Below are positions 9,323 through 20,172 of a stretch of DNA of 64,000 bases, piece after piece; position 1 is the stretch's first letter, and every line of letters begins with the position of its first letter. The stretch covers positions 2,007 to 66,006 of the forward strand of contig NDHX01000009.1 in assembly GCA_013626165.1 (NCBI GenBank), in the 5' to 3' direction. The notes under the pieces were generated by a model. It did not search any database, was not told the origin of the DNA, and saw nothing but the letters and a program-made list of their open reading frames with translations. Origin of the DNA: Candidatus Velesiimonas alkalicola. Its GTDB lineage: Bacteria > Omnitrophota > Gorgyraeia > Velesiimonadales > Velesiimonadaceae. The position numbers were made by a program, and so were the translations under genes.

Positions 9323-9906
9323 TCGCTCTCCTTTATCAAGCCGATAGAAAAACCGAACTCTTTTTCAAAAAGGTCTTTTTTCTTGTTAAATCCATATATA
9401 TCCGTATCAGATACATCGCCCTCGATAATAAAAAGCATCTTACCGTGTTGTTTTTTTATCCTTATATCTTTTACGCTACTTGTATGCCCCCTGTCTAACC
9501 CATCTGCAATTCTTAAGATACCGGAAAGTTTTCTTACCCAGTCTTTTTCCTGTTCCGTTAAACCTGAGTATGTTTTGTGTTTCGGGTCCGGCAAAGACTT
9601 TGTATGATACCTTGAAATATTTGCTATCAGATTTCTTTCCCGTTTATCAACATACTTAAAATCTATATCCCTTATCATTCTTTGGGAAATTTTGTTATGT
9701 CCCGCAACCGATACGGAAAGCCCGACATCATGAAGAAGTGCCGCTCCTTCAAGAAGAAATCTCGAATGTTCGTCAAGTTTGTGATGGCCTTTCAAAATAT
9801 CAAAAATTAAAAGTGCCAGCCTTCTTACCTGGAGGCTGTGTTGCAATTCAGGTGTAATCTCTTCCGCCTTGCGTTCAATTTCTTTTGTCTTTTTGAGCAA
9901 CTGCAT
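9307..9906 (-). CDS. HD-domain protein of the Ppx/GppA C-terminal HD type
   Basis: LLHDVG HD motif; fold resembles the HD domain appended to long PPX/GppA enzymes. Confidence 0.55.
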   Translation of the reverse strand: MQLLKKTKEIERKAEEITPELQHSLQVRRLALLIFDILKGHHKLDEHSRFLLEGAALLHDVGLSVSVAGHNKISQRMIRDIDFKYVDKRERNLIANISRYHTKSLPDPKHKTYSGLTEQEKDWVRKLSGILRIADGLDRGHTSSVKDIRIKKQHGKMLFIIEGDVSDTDIYGFNKKKDLFEKEFGFSIGLIKESECQGL

Positions 9907-9936
9907 AATAACCCCATACTAAAAACTAAAAAGGAA

Positions 9937-11373
9937 CTATGTGACGGACGCCGGTTGCGGCAATTCCATCCCCTCCTTGACATCAGTATCCATCTTGTTC
10001 CATAGTTTTTTAAATTCCGCGTAAAAAAATTGGATATACGGAAGGGATATATCCATACACACTGGCATAATTTCGTTGATATTGGACTTCCAGTACGCTC
10101 TCTGCTTTTTTTTATTTTTTAAATCAAGAAATCTGGTTGAATCAAGCCTGTCCGAGAGTTTAATGATTTTTGCTGGCTCTCCGTTTTGCTTTATTTTTTC
10201 AAGATATTGTTCCACACCCTTTTCTTCTGCATCTTCCTTTGTTAAAGCCCAAACAATGGATGCAACCCTCGGACCATAATGCTGTTCTATGCTTTCCCTT
10301 CTTGCAACGCTTCCCTTTGTTTCAAGGGTATCGTGCAAAAGTGCAGCAGTTATAATTTCAGCGTCCTGCATCCTTAATTCTTCGGTAAGGATCAGCGCCG
10401 TTCTGAGCGGGTGAATGATATGAATATTTTTTGCATATTCAAGCGCATCCTTTACCTCTTTAATCTCCTGCTTGTTTTTTATATCGCTTAACAGCAATAA
10501 AAATGCGGTCTGGAAGGACATCGGGTCCGCAATGTCGGGAAATATCACGAATTCCTTCTGGTATGAAAGAATAACATTCAGTTTTTCGGTGAATTCTTTG
10601 GATAAATCCAGCCTGGCTTTATTCAGTCGGCTAATACTTATTTCCCCTAACAGGACAAGGGGTCTATCCTGCAGACTCTGTGATTTCATTAGTTCAATTA
10701 TTACATCTATATCATGTATATTGCCCATTACCTGCTGGAGTGAATGTTCGTCATCAAGCACTTTTTTGGTTATCCAGGGGAAAAAAACCTGTGCCACTTC
10801 GGATGTGTATCTTAGTTTTTTTAATGCAATCCTCATTCGATGGAATGCTTTTATATCGGTATCCGCTTTCTGCCTGTGGGAAAGAAATTTCTTGAAAAGG
10901 TCCGTAAGAATTATCTTTATCTGTCTGTGGACATCCATATCGGCGATGGATAAGAATATCTTTTCAATGTCTATCTGTTGCATAAAGTCAGGAGGGAAGG
11001 ATTCTATTGCGCCTCTCGTTTTCTTTTCATCTTTTCTTATTTTTTTATCGATCTTTACGGTGCATAGCCTTACAAACCTGTTTTTTCTAATGAATATTTT
11101 ATTTATAATCTCTTGCTGGATGTACAAATCTCTCAGGCTCCCCATAGGATTCATAATACTTTTTAGAGGTTTTGTAATGGATTTTTTTATTTTTACGGCG
11201 GGAAACATTTTAAGAAGGGAAAATATTGACTGTAGCCTTCTTATGGAAACCCTTAAATCATGCAGGGAATCGGCGGTCACTTCCGTTTTAACGCTTTCAA
11301 ATTTTTTGTTAAAATCCTGTGTCCTCTCGTTAAATATATCTTCAAGCATTTTCAGGTTTTTATCTTTCTGCAT
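9937..11373 (-). CDS. CHAD-domain protein fused to a RelA/SpoT-type HD (p)ppGpp hydrolase domain
   Basis: N-terminus DSLHDLRVSIRRLQS and HRMRIALKKLRYTSE (CHAD motifs); C-terminus IHPLRTALILTE...ITAALLHDTLE...IKLSDRLDSTRFL (SpoT/Mesh1 hydrolase signature). Confidence 0.65.
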   Translation of the reverse strand: MQKDKNLKMLEDIFNERTQDFNKKFESVKTEVTADSLHDLRVSIRRLQSIFSLLKMFPAVKIKKSITKPLKSIMNPMGSLRDLYIQQEIINKIFIRKNRFVRLCTVKIDKKIRKDEKKTRGAIESFPPDFMQQIDIEKIFLSIADMDVHRQIKIILTDLFKKFLSHRQKADTDIKAFHRMRIALKKLRYTSEVAQVFFPWITKKVLDDEHSLQQVMGNIHDIDVIIELMKSQSLQDRPLVLLGEISISRLNKARLDLSKEFTEKLNVILSYQKEFVIFPDIADPMSFQTAFLLLLSDIKNKQEIKEVKDALEYAKNIHIIHPLRTALILTEELRMQDAEIITAALLHDTLETKGSVARRESIEQHYGPRVASIVWALTKEDAEEKGVEQYLEKIKQNGEPAKIIKLSDRLDSTRFLDLKNKKKQRAYWKSNINEIMPVCMDISLPYIQFFYAEFKKLWNKMDTDVKEGMELPQPASVT

Positions 11374-11388
11374 GTTTAAGATTCCCTT

Positions 11389-12162
11389 CTAACAACAGAG
11401 CAAGGAATTCCCCCCGCTCTTTTCATCACCACTTACCCATTTTATATATTCCTCTATATGTTTTTTCAACTGGTTAAATACCGTTCTTACGGGGCGGTTT
11501 GCATTTATGGTTGTAAAATTATATTTTTTTGACATCCTCATATATTCATCCTGCATCATCTTCTGATATTTCACAAAACTTGTAAATATGTCTGTGGATA
11601 TCCTCATATCCATACCCGATTCCCAGTAATCAAAAAGTGTCTGTTTCATAAGGTTTCTTTCAACAAGTATAGACGGACTTACCTTTAAATAAAATACGAT
11701 ATCCGGAACAAGTGCAATCTGAAATATGTTTTCTATCCATTCCTTTTCAAGCCCACGCACAAGACTTCTTGCAATAAGCGTATAGATGTACCTGTCGGCA
11801 AGGATAATGGAGCCGGCCTTTAAGTTTGGTATGATAATATTCTCCAATTGGTCAAAAAAATCTGTAACATAAAAAAGCGTAAATGTCCTGGGGTCAAGGA
11901 TATTTCCCACCTTTGCCTTTGACAACTCTGTACTTATAAGCGTGGAGCGGTTCAGCCCCATATTTACGGTGGAATATCCCTTTGCCTCAAGCCACTGCGT
12001 AAGCATTGCAATATGCGTAGAACGGCCGGATCCATCAGTACCTTCTACGACAAACAGGTATCCTTTTAAATCTTCCGGCTTGATTTCGGGTATGGGCTTA
12101 CCGAAAAAATTAAGGTATCCGCCTCTCAAATCTGTTCCTCCATCTAAAAGAAAGAATATCAA
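11389..12162 (-). CDS. thymidylate-kinase-family protein (paralogue 1); annotated start overlaps upstream gene and may be a later non-ATG codon
   Basis: FVVEGTDGSGRST P-loop, DRYIYT (TMK DRY motif). Confidence 0.65.
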   Translation of the reverse strand: MIFFLLDGGTDLRGGYLNFFGKPIPEIKPEDLKGYLFVVEGTDGSGRSTHIAMLTQWLEAKGYSTVNMGLNRSTLISTELSKAKVGNILDPRTFTLFYVTDFFDQLENIIIPNLKAGSIILADRYIYTLIARSLVRGLEKEWIENIFQIALVPDIVFYLKVSPSILVERNLMKQTLFDYWESGMDMRISTDIFTSFVKYQKMMQDEYMRMSKKYNFTTINANRPVRTVFNQLKKHIEEYIKWVSGDEKSGGNSLLCC

Positions 12163-12802
12163 TATTTTGTTTTACTATCTCCCTTACGGCATCCTGCTGC
12201 TGTTTTATTGATAGGGATGCATCTATCACTTTAAAACCGGTGCCCGCATCTGCGCAAAGTTTTTCATACTCGTCAAAAACCCTTGACTGAAACAACCTAA
12301 AGCTTTCCTCTATATTATCGGAAAGTCCGATGTCCATACCTGCCTCAAAATATTTTAATTTGCTTCTTCCTCCTAATATCCTGTTCACGGCAATATCAAG
12401 AGGAACCCTGCAATAAAATGTAATATCGGGTTTTCTTACAAATGAGTACAGATTCTTCACCCAGTCCCTGTCGCATCCTCTTGCCACATCCCTCGCAAAT
12501 GCGGTATAGATAAACCTGTCGCACAGGACTACAAACCCTGCCTCCAAAAGCGGAAATATTTCTCTTTCATACCTGTTTGTAAAATCCGTGGAATGGATAA
12601 GGCTAAATGTCGTGGGGGTAAGAATCCTTTGTTTCTTTCCCTTCCTTGTCGCTTCCTTCACCGTGGAAGATGAATTCCACTGGCTTAAGAACACCTTTAC
12701 TTTCTGCGCCTCAAGAAATTTTTTAAGAAGGTATATCTGTGTGGATTTCCCCGCTCCGTCTAACCCTTCGAATACAATCAGTCTACCCAATATGTTTTGC
12801 AT
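12110..12802 (-). CDS. thymidylate-kinase-family protein (paralogue 2)
   Basis: VFEGLDGAGKST, CDRFIYTAFARD, TMK-like length. Confidence 0.7.
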   Translation of the reverse strand: MQNILGRLIVFEGLDGAGKSTQIYLLKKFLEAQKVKVFLSQWNSSSTVKEATRKGKKQRILTPTTFSLIHSTDFTNRYEREIFPLLEAGFVVLCDRFIYTAFARDVARGCDRDWVKNLYSFVRKPDITFYCRVPLDIAVNRILGGRSKLKYFEAGMDIGLSDNIEESFRLFQSRVFDEYEKLCADAGTGFKVIDASLSIKQQQDAVREIVKQNIDILSFRWRNRFERRIP

Positions 12803-12808
12803 ATTATC

Positions 12809-13414
12809 CTATATTGAAGAATACACAAGATTTTCCGATACAAATGTTTGCACTACTGAAGGAATGCCGTCTCTGACTTCTACCACTATAATATCCGCGC
12901 ACTTCCCTTCTTGTACAGAGCCTGTTTCCTTATTTATACCTGATGCTTTTGCGGGATTCAGTGTTGCCATATTTACGGCATTGTTAAGTGAAAATCCCCG
13001 CCTGTGGATTTCAAAAACGGTATAAAGAATAAACATCGGCGCATAATCCGAAAGCAGGATATCGCCGTAGCCCCTGCTTATCATATCTCTTGCGCTTATG
13101 TTGTTTTAATGAGAGTAGCCTCTTAAAAAGTTCGGCGCTCCAAGACCGACATATATACCCTGTTTTTTTGCAGTTTCAATCGCTTCTATGTTCACCGGGA
13201 ATTCGGATGTCTGAATACCCATATCCTTTACCCATTGGATTTTTTCTTCTGAATCATCGTCATGTGAGGCAAGATAAATATTGTTTTGCCTGGCATAGGC
13301 TATAAGACCTTCTACCTCCGATTGACTGATATCTTGTTTCTGCCTATTCCTGTTTTCGACAATTTTCTCAATATGGCGGTCCTGCACATCATACAGTCTT
13401 TTATATGCCACCAA
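12809..13414 (-). pseudogene. amidohydrolase (PhnM/adenine-deaminase-like) remnant: two ORF pieces, frameshift near 13085-13105, N-terminus missing
   Basis: ORF 13106..13414 (…ASHDDDSEEKIQW…) and ORF 12809..13084 (…GKCADIIVVEV…) together match the C-terminal two-thirds of a metal-dependent amidohydrolase; the expected N-terminus is replaced by the IS remnant at 13459. Confidence 0.55.
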
Positions 13415-13617
13415 ATCCTTAAAAACCTCCCCTGCCCCTCTTTAAATAGTCCACAGACCACCTGTCTGCGTGCAACGCACAGGCAGATAGTCCATTGTCC
13501 ACAGACTATCTCCTCTCCTTTCTAATGAGAGGTTGGGAGAGATTATGTTTTCCCCGACACATTACCGGATTCCCGATTAAATCGGGAATGACAGAATCCC
13601 CACCCAGAGGGAATCCT

Positions 13618-13860
13618 AAAAAATAAACCCAAAGCTGTTTGTTGCTTCCCTATAACGCAACAACTCTGGGCCATTATCTTCCAATCCCGCCCTTCCTAAA
13701 AATAGGACAAGGAAAGGCTGGACTAATAACCTTATCGTTTTTAAAAATGTTAGTAAGGTCGGTTGTATTGTTCGTTTGTTTGCTTGCTTGCTTGTTTGTT
13801 ATACGCAACCCCCGCCATTTTAAAATATATCACATATATTGAATTTTACCAAGTACTTTT
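13618..13860. repeat. interspersed ~250 bp repeat (copy 2) with hairpin and GTTT/GCTT microsatellite, inside the IS remnant
   Basis: ~80% identical in blocks to 3722-3990. Confidence 0.6.
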
Positions 13861-13905
13861 TTTCCGGGTGTAATAGCAAAGCAAGAATGTCCGGTTTTTA
13901 GGTTT

Positions 13906-14235
13906 CTATTTATAATGATAGTAATAGCCCTTTTTCTTTTCGGAGACTTCGCCTATCCTTTTAGGCGAGGTTGTTCTTTCCCCGCTTCTTTCCGCCCATT
14001 TTGAGTTGGGATTGTGATATATTTTACCGGATACATCAGGTTGATGAAAAAACTTGTGTCTTTTTAGTATATTTCCAACCGTAGATTCTGAAACCGTCTT
14101 TATACCATTTAGTTCACAATGTTTATCAAGCAAAGGCTTTATTTTTTCCTTCCCAATCCTCGGATGCTCCTCCCTTAAATTTTTAATGAATTTCACTACC
14201 CTGTAATCCACATCGGACCTGCCTGTGCGGGGCAC
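13906..14235 (-). pseudogene. IS481-family transposase, N-terminal HTH fragment only (no integrase core)
   Basis: ...NLREEHPRIGKEKIKPLL...GIKTVSESTVGNILKRHKF matches the N-terminus of IS481/rve transposases; ORF starts inside the inverted repeat; only 109 aa. Confidence 0.5.
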
Positions 14236-14522
14236 GCAGAGACAGACAGGCTTGCGTGCGAGTAGACCTCCTTATAGCCTCTTATTCTACTATCTCGCCC
14301 AAGATAACGGGCGGAGTCTGTGAAAATTTGGTGTACTTGCATAAAATAGCCCACCTTATCCTTTCATAGCCATCATTGTTCCTTTCAGCCTTCGGCTGAT
14401 TACTCAATTTATATTAAATTACACCAAAAACCAGAAAAAAACCTAATCTCTAATGTCGCATATGTATCTTAACTTTTTCAAACAGTGTATTTTATGAGCC
14501 TTATGATTTCTTTTTTAAAAAA

Positions 14523-15392
14523 TTACAAAACCTTCGAAACTTTTACCTTGTCTCCAACTCTTACAGTTGCTTTTTTAAATTCCGATAACAAGGCAGCAGC
14601 AGAGCTGTTTTCTCTTATTTTTTCAATCTGAACCTTTGCTATAATCTGGTTATTTCTTAAAACTGTTAAAACTTCTCCAAGCCTGAGCCCCTGCACCATA
14701 CCGATATCCAGAACGACAACATTATATTCCCTGCTGACTGCAAGCACCTGCCCCTCTATTGTCTTTACTATTATGTCGCCCTCGTCCGTGACTGATGGAG
14801 TGCCTCTCATCTGTCCTATCTCACCTACAACCTGACGGATCCTTTTTTCAAAATTTTCTTTTGCGATCTTTATCTCGGCAAGTTGAAGCATTGCCTCTTC
14901 TTTTGCAATCCTTTCTTTATTCAGTTCAGCCTTTGCCTTTTCTGCATCAGCACTTACTTTTGAGACCTGTTTGTTTAAGGTTATATTCTCTTTCTTTGCC
15001 TGTTCAAGCTGATTGTCGGTGATTGCTAATCTAGATTCTACATCAGAAAGTTTTGACTCAACTTTCTGTCTTGTCCGTTCTTCCATATTTAAATCCGATT
15101 GAAGTTTGTTTACCTCTTTTGTTTTTTCTTCATAAAGCCCGATTATGCGAACCTTTTCCTGGATTTTACCTGCGAGGTTTTTCTCCACAGATGTTTTTTC
15201 ACCCGTAATCTTTTTTACCTCTTCCTGTGTTGCGGACCATTTTTCTTGTAACTTCTTTTTCTGGATTGAAAAATACACGGTTATTCCTAAAAAGGCAAGA
15301 CACAACACTGTTACCAAAATTACAATAATGTTTTTCATATTCTCTCCTTTGAAAAGGTCGCACAGACTAAAGACCCGGTTTACACTTATCAA
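14523..15392 (-). CDS. membrane-anchored coiled-coil protein, function unknown (start probably MKNIIVIL at 15338)
   Basis: N-terminal TM helix, ~150 aa coiled coil, conserved C-terminal beta domain. Confidence 0.45.
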   Translation of the reverse strand: MISVNRVFSLCDLFKGENMKNIIVILVTVLCLAFLGITVYFSIQKKKLQEKWSATQEEVKKITGEKTSVEKNLAGKIQEKVRIIGLYEEKTKEVNKLQSDLNMEERTRQKVESKLSDVESRLAITDNQLEQAKKENITLNKQVSKVSADAEKAKAELNKERIAKEEAMLQLAEIKIAKENFEKRIRQVVGEIGQMRGTPSVTDEGDIIVKTIEGQVLAVSREYNVVVLDIGMVQGLRLGEVLTVLRNNQIIAKVQIEKIRENSSAAALLSEFKKATVRVGDKVKVSKVL

Positions 15393-15411
15393 AAATAGTA
15401 AGCGGTGAGCA

Positions 15412-16896
15412 CTAAAACTGCTGACCGGTGCTCTGGTGTTCTGATGTTCTGGTGGTCAGGTGAGTAGTTACGTAACACTCTTGTGTTTTACTATATAATT
15501 GATTACTTTGCAATACACACACAAGTTCATCTGAAATATCGGTTATATCCCCTGCACCGAGAATAAGGACAATATCTCCATCTTTTATAACATTTAATAA
15601 ATTTTTAAGTATATTTTCTTTCTCAATATATACTATGTCTTTGCGGGTATTTCTTATGGCCTCATATAAAGAAAAACCGCTTACACCATTTATCGGTTTT
15701 TCACCGGCGGGATATATATCTGTTAATATAAGCAGATCTGCTTCTGAAAAACAGTTTGTAAACTCATCTCTTAAAAAATAGGTTCTTGTATATCTGTGGG
15801 GCTGAAACACCGCAACTATTCTTCTGCTCCATAATTTTGCCGTTTTTATTGTTGCAATTATTTCGTTTGGATGGTGGGCATAATCATCAACAACCATTAC
15901 CCCACCATCCATCTTAATCTGAAACCTTCTCTTTGCTCCGTGATATTTTAATAAAGACCGTGAGATATCTTTAAACGGTATATTCAAATACAAACCAAGC
16001 CCAACAACTGCAAGAGAGTTTACGATATTATGCATGCCAGGGATTAAAAGGTTCACCTTCCCAATGTTTTTACCCCCCACAATACAATTATAACAAGCCC
16101 GCACCTTGTCCATATGTATATCTTCTGCCCTTATATCTGCGGCGTCAGATAGTCCATATGTGATAACGGGTTGTTTTTGGACAGAAAAAAGGACAGAAGA
16201 AAGAAATTGACAATCAATACATCCTATTAAAAGTCCGTTCTGTTTTATATTTTCTATAAATTTTGTATAGGACAACAAAACATCATTCATATCTTTATAA
16301 TAATCCATATGCTCTTTATCAATATTTGTAACAATTGCTACTTCTGGATTAAGTTTAAGAAATGAACCATCGCTTTCATCTGATTCACATATTACATATT
16401 TACTTTCACCAAGCATTGCATTCCCTCCAAATTCATCTACCTCTTCTCCTATAAGAACCGTAGGTGAAAAACCATTTTCGTTTAAAAGCATTGATGAAAG
16501 CCCTGCTGTTGTGGTTTTCCCATGTGCACCTGCAATAATTATTCCATATTTTTCATTGACCATATGTGCAAGAAGTTCTCCTCTGTGCATTATGGGAATA
16601 GATCTTTCTTTTGCATACAAAATCTCAGGGTTATTTTGTTTAATTGCACTGCTGTATATCAGCATCTGGCAGTCGGCAGCGCTTGAACTTTTATGTTCTC
16701 CTGTATAAATCGTAGCTCTTTTTTGTCTTAATGTTGATATAAAATTATTCTCTTTTAAATCAGAACCGCTCACCTTCAATCCCTTTTGTATAAGGATTTT
16801 TGCAAGTGCACTCATTCCATATCCACCGATACCGACAAAATGAATATTTTTAATATTTTCTAGCATAGTTTTTCTGAAACAAACATTATTCCACAA
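15412..16896 (-). CDS. murC: UDP-N-acetylmuramate--L-alanine ligase (start may be the internal Met at 16866)
   Basis: [12 protein letters not shown]...GAHGKTTT Mur ligase signatures; C-terminal 15 aa are coded by the 8-mer repeat array. Confidence 0.85.
   Translation of the reverse strand: MWNNVCFRKTMLENIKNIHFVGIGGYGMSALAKILIQKGLKVSGSDLKENNFISTLRQKRATIYTGEHKSSSAADCQMLIYSSAIKQNNPEILYAKERSIPIMHRGELLAHMVNEKYGIIIAGAHGKTTTAGLSSMLLNENGFSPTVLIGEEVDEFGGNAMLGESKYVICESDESDGSFLKLNPEVAIVTNIDKEHMDYYKDMNDVLLSYTKFIENIKQNGLLIGCIDCQFLSSVLFSVQKQPVITYGLSDAADIRAEDIHMDKVRACYNCIVGGKNIGKVNLLIPGMHNIVNSLAVVGLGLYLNIPFKDISRSLLKYHGAKRRFQIKMDGGVMVVDDYAHHPNEIIATIKTAKLWSRRIVAVFQPHRYTRTYFLRDEFTNCFSEADLLILTDIYPAGEKPINGVSGFSLYEAIRNTRKDIVYIEKENILKNLLNVIKDGDIVLILGAGDITDISDELVCVLQSNQLYSKTQECYVTTHLTTRTSEHQSTGQQF
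15421..15463. repeat. degenerate 8-mer tandem array (CTGGTGCT family)
   Basis: ccggtgct ctggtgtt ctgatgtt ctggtggt caggtgag; same family as 25374, 30955, 41455, 57374. Confidence 0.5.
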
Positions 16897-17839
16897 ATTC
16901 CCCTATTTTCCTGAATTTTTTGTATCTTTCCTCAATAAGTACCTGAACAGGAATCTTGGTTATTTCTCCAAGGTGTTTTTTAATTGCATTCTTTACATTT
17001 GCAACAGTCTCTTGTATATTCCTGTGAGCGCCACCCGCAGGTTCAGATATTACATCATCAATAATACCAAAATTCAATAGATCTTTCCCTGTAAAATGAA
17101 GTTCATCTGATGCCTCTTTTACTTTTGTCCTGTCTTTCCATAATATTGCGGCACATCCTTCGGGAGAAATTACAGAATAATATGCATTCTCAAGAATACA
17201 AATCCTGTCTCCTACTCCTATGCCCAACGCTCCTCCCGAACCACCCTCTCCTATAACAATGACAAGTATCGGACTTTTAAGCCTTGCCATCTCTTTTAAG
17301 TTTACTGCTATTGCCTCTGCCTGTCCTCTTTCCTCTGCACCTATACCCGGATATGCCCCGGGCGTATCAACAAAGCAAATAACAGGAAGATGGGACTTCT
17401 CTGCAATTTTCATTATTCTCAGTGCTTTTCTATACCCTTCCGGATGAGGCATGCCAAAATTACGGATAAGGTTTTCTTTTGTATCCCTTCCCTTTTGATG
17501 ACCTATAACAACAGTGGGTTGGTCTTCAAATCTTGCATAGCCACCGATAAGTGCCCTGTCGTCTGAAAATCTTCTGTCTCCATGTAACTGACAAAAATCT
17601 GTAAATATTGAGACGATATAATCAAGTGTATAAGGTCTTTGCGGATGCCTTGCTATCTGCACAATCTGCCAGGGGGTAAGATTTTTATAAACCTCCAATT
17701 TAAGCGATTCAAGACGGGAATTTAATGTTTGGATCTGAATACTCATATCTATGCTGTGGGATTTTGAATAGTTAATCAAATCCTGTATTTTTTTTTCAAG
17801 GTCTATTATCGGTCTTTCAAAATCCAGTACAGTTATCAT
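16886..17839 (-). CDS. accA: acetyl-CoA carboxylase carboxyltransferase alpha subunit (start at [10 protein letters not shown])
   Basis: [23 protein letters not shown], canonical AccA; ORF track start 17917 is over-extended. Confidence 0.85.
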   Translation of the reverse strand: MITVLDFERPIIDLEKKIQDLINYSKSHSIDMSIQIQTLNSRLESLKLEVYKNLTPWQIVQIARHPQRPYTLDYIVSIFTDFCQLHGDRRFSDDRALIGGYARFEDQPTVVIGHQKGRDTKENLIRNFGMPHPEGYRKALRIMKIAEKSHLPVICFVDTPGAYPGIGAEERGQAEAIAVNLKEMARLKSPILVIVIGEGGSGGALGIGVGDRICILENAYYSVISPEGCAAILWKDRTKVKEASDELHFTGKDLLNFGIIDDVISEPAGGAHRNIQETVANVKNAIKKHLGEITKIPVQVLIEERYKKFRKIGEFVE

Positions 17840-18717
17840 CTTGTTACTATCACCTCGCAACCGGGAACAAGAAGAGCATATAACTGTTCTACATCCTTGT
17901 TTGTCATCCTTATGCAACCTCTTGTGATATGTTTTCCTATGCTTGATGGGTCAGTAGTTCCATGTATGCCGTAGCCTTTGAGGCAAAATCCCATCCATCT
18001 TGTTCCGAGAATATTTTCTGGACTTCCAAATGGAATAACAGGACCACCTGGTTTATACCAGACAGGATTTACAAGTTTTTCTTTAACTGTAAAATTTCCC
18101 TCAGGCGTGGGGGTGTCAGGTGCCCCTGTTGCGACTCTGTAGACCTTTATTACATCATTACCGGATTTAAGTGTGAGTGTATTAAAAGATAAGTTCACAA
18201 CAACTGAAAACTTATGTTTTGGAACCTTAATCTTCATTCCGGGATATATGACATTGCTTGAAAGCCCATTTGCAATTTTTAGATATTCAACAGTTGTGTA
18301 ATGTGAATTTGCAATTCTGTAAAGTGTGTCCCCCCGTTTTACAGTTATAAACTGACTGTCCGGTGTTTCTATGTTTGAAAAAAGAAGCCTTGTATTTACC
18401 TCCCAGAGTAGATTTTGCGCATCCCGCATATGTGCAAGCCCTGTTCCTGTTAATACCGCTTGTTTTAAGTATTTTTGCGCATCTTGTAACAAACCCAATT
18501 TTTGCGATATCCTTCCAGAATGATATAATGCCTCCGATCTTAAAGACGAATCCTCAGGTGATTTTGCAACAGCCTGTGTATAAAAATTAAGAGCAGCCCT
18601 TGGGTCACTTTTTTCAATATTTTTTCCTTTTAAAATAAGTGCAAAATTTGAATTATCAGTTGAGAGCAAGATAAAAGGAAATAACAGAATTGATAACAAC
18701 CAGATATATTTTTTCAT
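17836..18717 (-). CDS. L,D-transpeptidase with LysM and TPR-like region, secreted
   Basis: Signal peptide, LysM-like YRIANSHY, YkuD catalytic [20 protein letters not shown]. Confidence 0.75.
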   Translation of the reverse strand: MKKYIWLLSILLFPFILLSTDNSNFALILKGKNIEKSDPRAALNFYTQAVAKSPEDSSLRSEALYHSGRISQKLGLLQDAQKYLKQAVLTGTGLAHMRDAQNLLWEVNTRLLFSNIETPDSQFITVKRGDTLYRIANSHYTTVEYLKIANGLSSNVIYPGMKIKVPKHKFSVVVNLSFNTLTLKSGNDVIKVYRVATGAPDTPTPEGNFTVKEKLVNPVWYKPGGPVIPFGSPENILGTRWMGFCLKGYGIHGTTDPSSIGKHITRGCIRMTNKDVEQLYALLVPGCEVIVTR

Positions 18718-18750
18718 TTTTCCTCCGCAGTAAAGGGTACAAAGAACCTG

Positions 18751-20085
18751 TTAGTCCATCTTCTGTCCTGTTCCTCCGAAAGATTTCTTTAAAGCTACAG
18801 AGGTTTGAGGATTTAAAAGATTCATTATATCCATATTAAGTTCTGGATGAATTTTTTTTAGTTCTTCCTTACTTAATTTAGAAACAGATGTTTCCTTGTT
18901 TTTGACATATACCATAAGGTTGCCGACAGCTCTATGTGCATCCCTGAATGAAACTCCTTTTTTGACAAGATACTCTGCAATATCGGTTGCATAAAGTTCT
19001 TCATCTAATAAAGACTGTTTTATTTTTTCTCTATTAAAGCCTATTAAGGAAAACACAAGCCCCAGGACCGAAACAGATTTTTCTATTGTTTGTATTGAAC
19101 TAAAAAGGGGGGGTTTATCTTCCTGCATATCCCTGTTATATGTCATCGGAAGCCCTTTCATCAATGTAAGCATCTGTACAAGATTCCCGTATAAGATTCC
19201 AGTCTTGCCTCTTATGAGTTCAAGAACATCAGGATTTTTCTTATGGGGCATCATACTTGAACCCGTTACAACAGAATCATCAAGCACAACCCATCCGAAT
19301 TCCTGTGTATTCCATAATATTATATCCTCACAAATCCTTGAAAGATGCATACCTGCTATTGCACATCCTGACAGGAGCTCTATAACAAAATCCCTGTCAG
19401 AAACAGCGTCCATAGAATTTTTTGAGATAGAATCAAACCCGAGTTTTTTTGCAACAAACGCTCTGTCTATATTCAAAGATGTTCCTGCAATTGCACAAGA
19501 ACCAAGCGGAAGTATATTCACCCTTTTCAGGGCGTCTTTAAATCTCCATATATCTCTTTCAAGCATTTCTATATATGAATTAAGATGATGAGAAAGAAAC
19601 ACAGGCTGTGCATGTTGAAGGTGTGTGTAACCGGGTATGATTATATCTTTATTATCTGCTCCTGTCTTTGCAATTATGTTGATTAATTTTTCCATTGAAT
19701 TGATAATTTTGTTTACAGTATCCCTGCAGTATAGCCTCGTATCTAAAGAAATCTGATCATTTCTTGAACGGGCGGTATGAATCTTTTTTGCAACATTCCC
19801 GACCTTTTCTTCAACAAGAAACTGAACACAGGAATGAACATCCTCAAATTCTTTTATTATTTTTAGATTTCCGCTGTTATAATCATTAAGTATACTCTTA
19901 AAAGCGAGTGTAAGTATTTTTTCTTCTTTTTTTGTTATAATGCCGCACTTACAAAGCATCTGAATATGTGCAATGCTTCCCATCACATCATATGGAAAAA
20001 GGACAAAATCAAATGAAAAACTCTGCGTCCAATCAAATACCTGTTTAGAGACTTTCTTCTCACCTTCGCCCCAGAGTGTTTTCAA
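18751..20085 (-). CDS. argH: argininosuccinate lyase
   Basis: GSSMMPHKKNPD fumarate-lyase signature and ArgH-like sequence. Confidence 0.9.
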   Translation of the reverse strand: MKTLWGEGEKKVSKQVFDWTQSFSFDFVLFPYDVMGSIAHIQMLCKCGIITKKEEKILTLAFKSILNDYNSGNLKIIKEFEDVHSCVQFLVEEKVGNVAKKIHTARSRNDQISLDTRLYCRDTVNKIINSMEKLINIIAKTGADNKDIIIPGYTHLQHAQPVFLSHHLNSYIEMLERDIWRFKDALKRVNILPLGSCAIAGTSLNIDRAFVAKKLGFDSISKNSMDAVSDRDFVIELLSGCAIAGMHLSRICEDIILWNTQEFGWVVLDDSVVTGSSMMPHKKNPDVLELIRGKTGILYGNLVQMLTLMKGLPMTYNRDMQEDKPPLFSSIQTIEKSVSVLGLVFSLIGFNREKIKQSLLDEELYATDIAEYLVKKGVSFRDAHRAVGNLMVYVKNKETSVSKLSKEELKKIHPELNMDIMNLLNPQTSVALKKSFGGTGQKMD

Positions 20086-20172
20086 ATTTCCTCCTTAACT
20101 ATAGTGCCCATTGCACAAACCCTGCTTCTACTTGGGGCACCCCTCAGGTTGAGTGGGTTATGCTCACAGGCT

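Larger units (their letters stand above)
13459..14262. mobile_element. degenerate IS481-family element bounded by ~30 bp imperfect inverted repeats
   Basis: Left end cacctgtctgcgtgcaacgcacaggcagatag is nearly the reverse complement of right end cctgcctgtgcggggcacgcagagacagacagg; the interior holds a transposase N-terminal fragment. Confidence 0.5.

Noticed and set aside
10472-11392. Long plus-strand ORFs antisense to clear minus-strand genes (e.g. 10472..11392, 12588..13025, 50328..50717, 61922..62584, 62223..62783)
   Set aside because: They fully overlap well-supported genes on the opposite strand and have low-complexity Ser/Leu/Phe-rich translations. These are typical shadow ORFs in AT-rich DNA.
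60-13600. Recurring 9-mer gaatgacag (60-110 and 13575-13590) as a possible dispersed motif
   Set aside because: Two to three occurrences of a 9-mer in 64 kb are expected by chance. One copy lies within the AbrB-like coding sequence.
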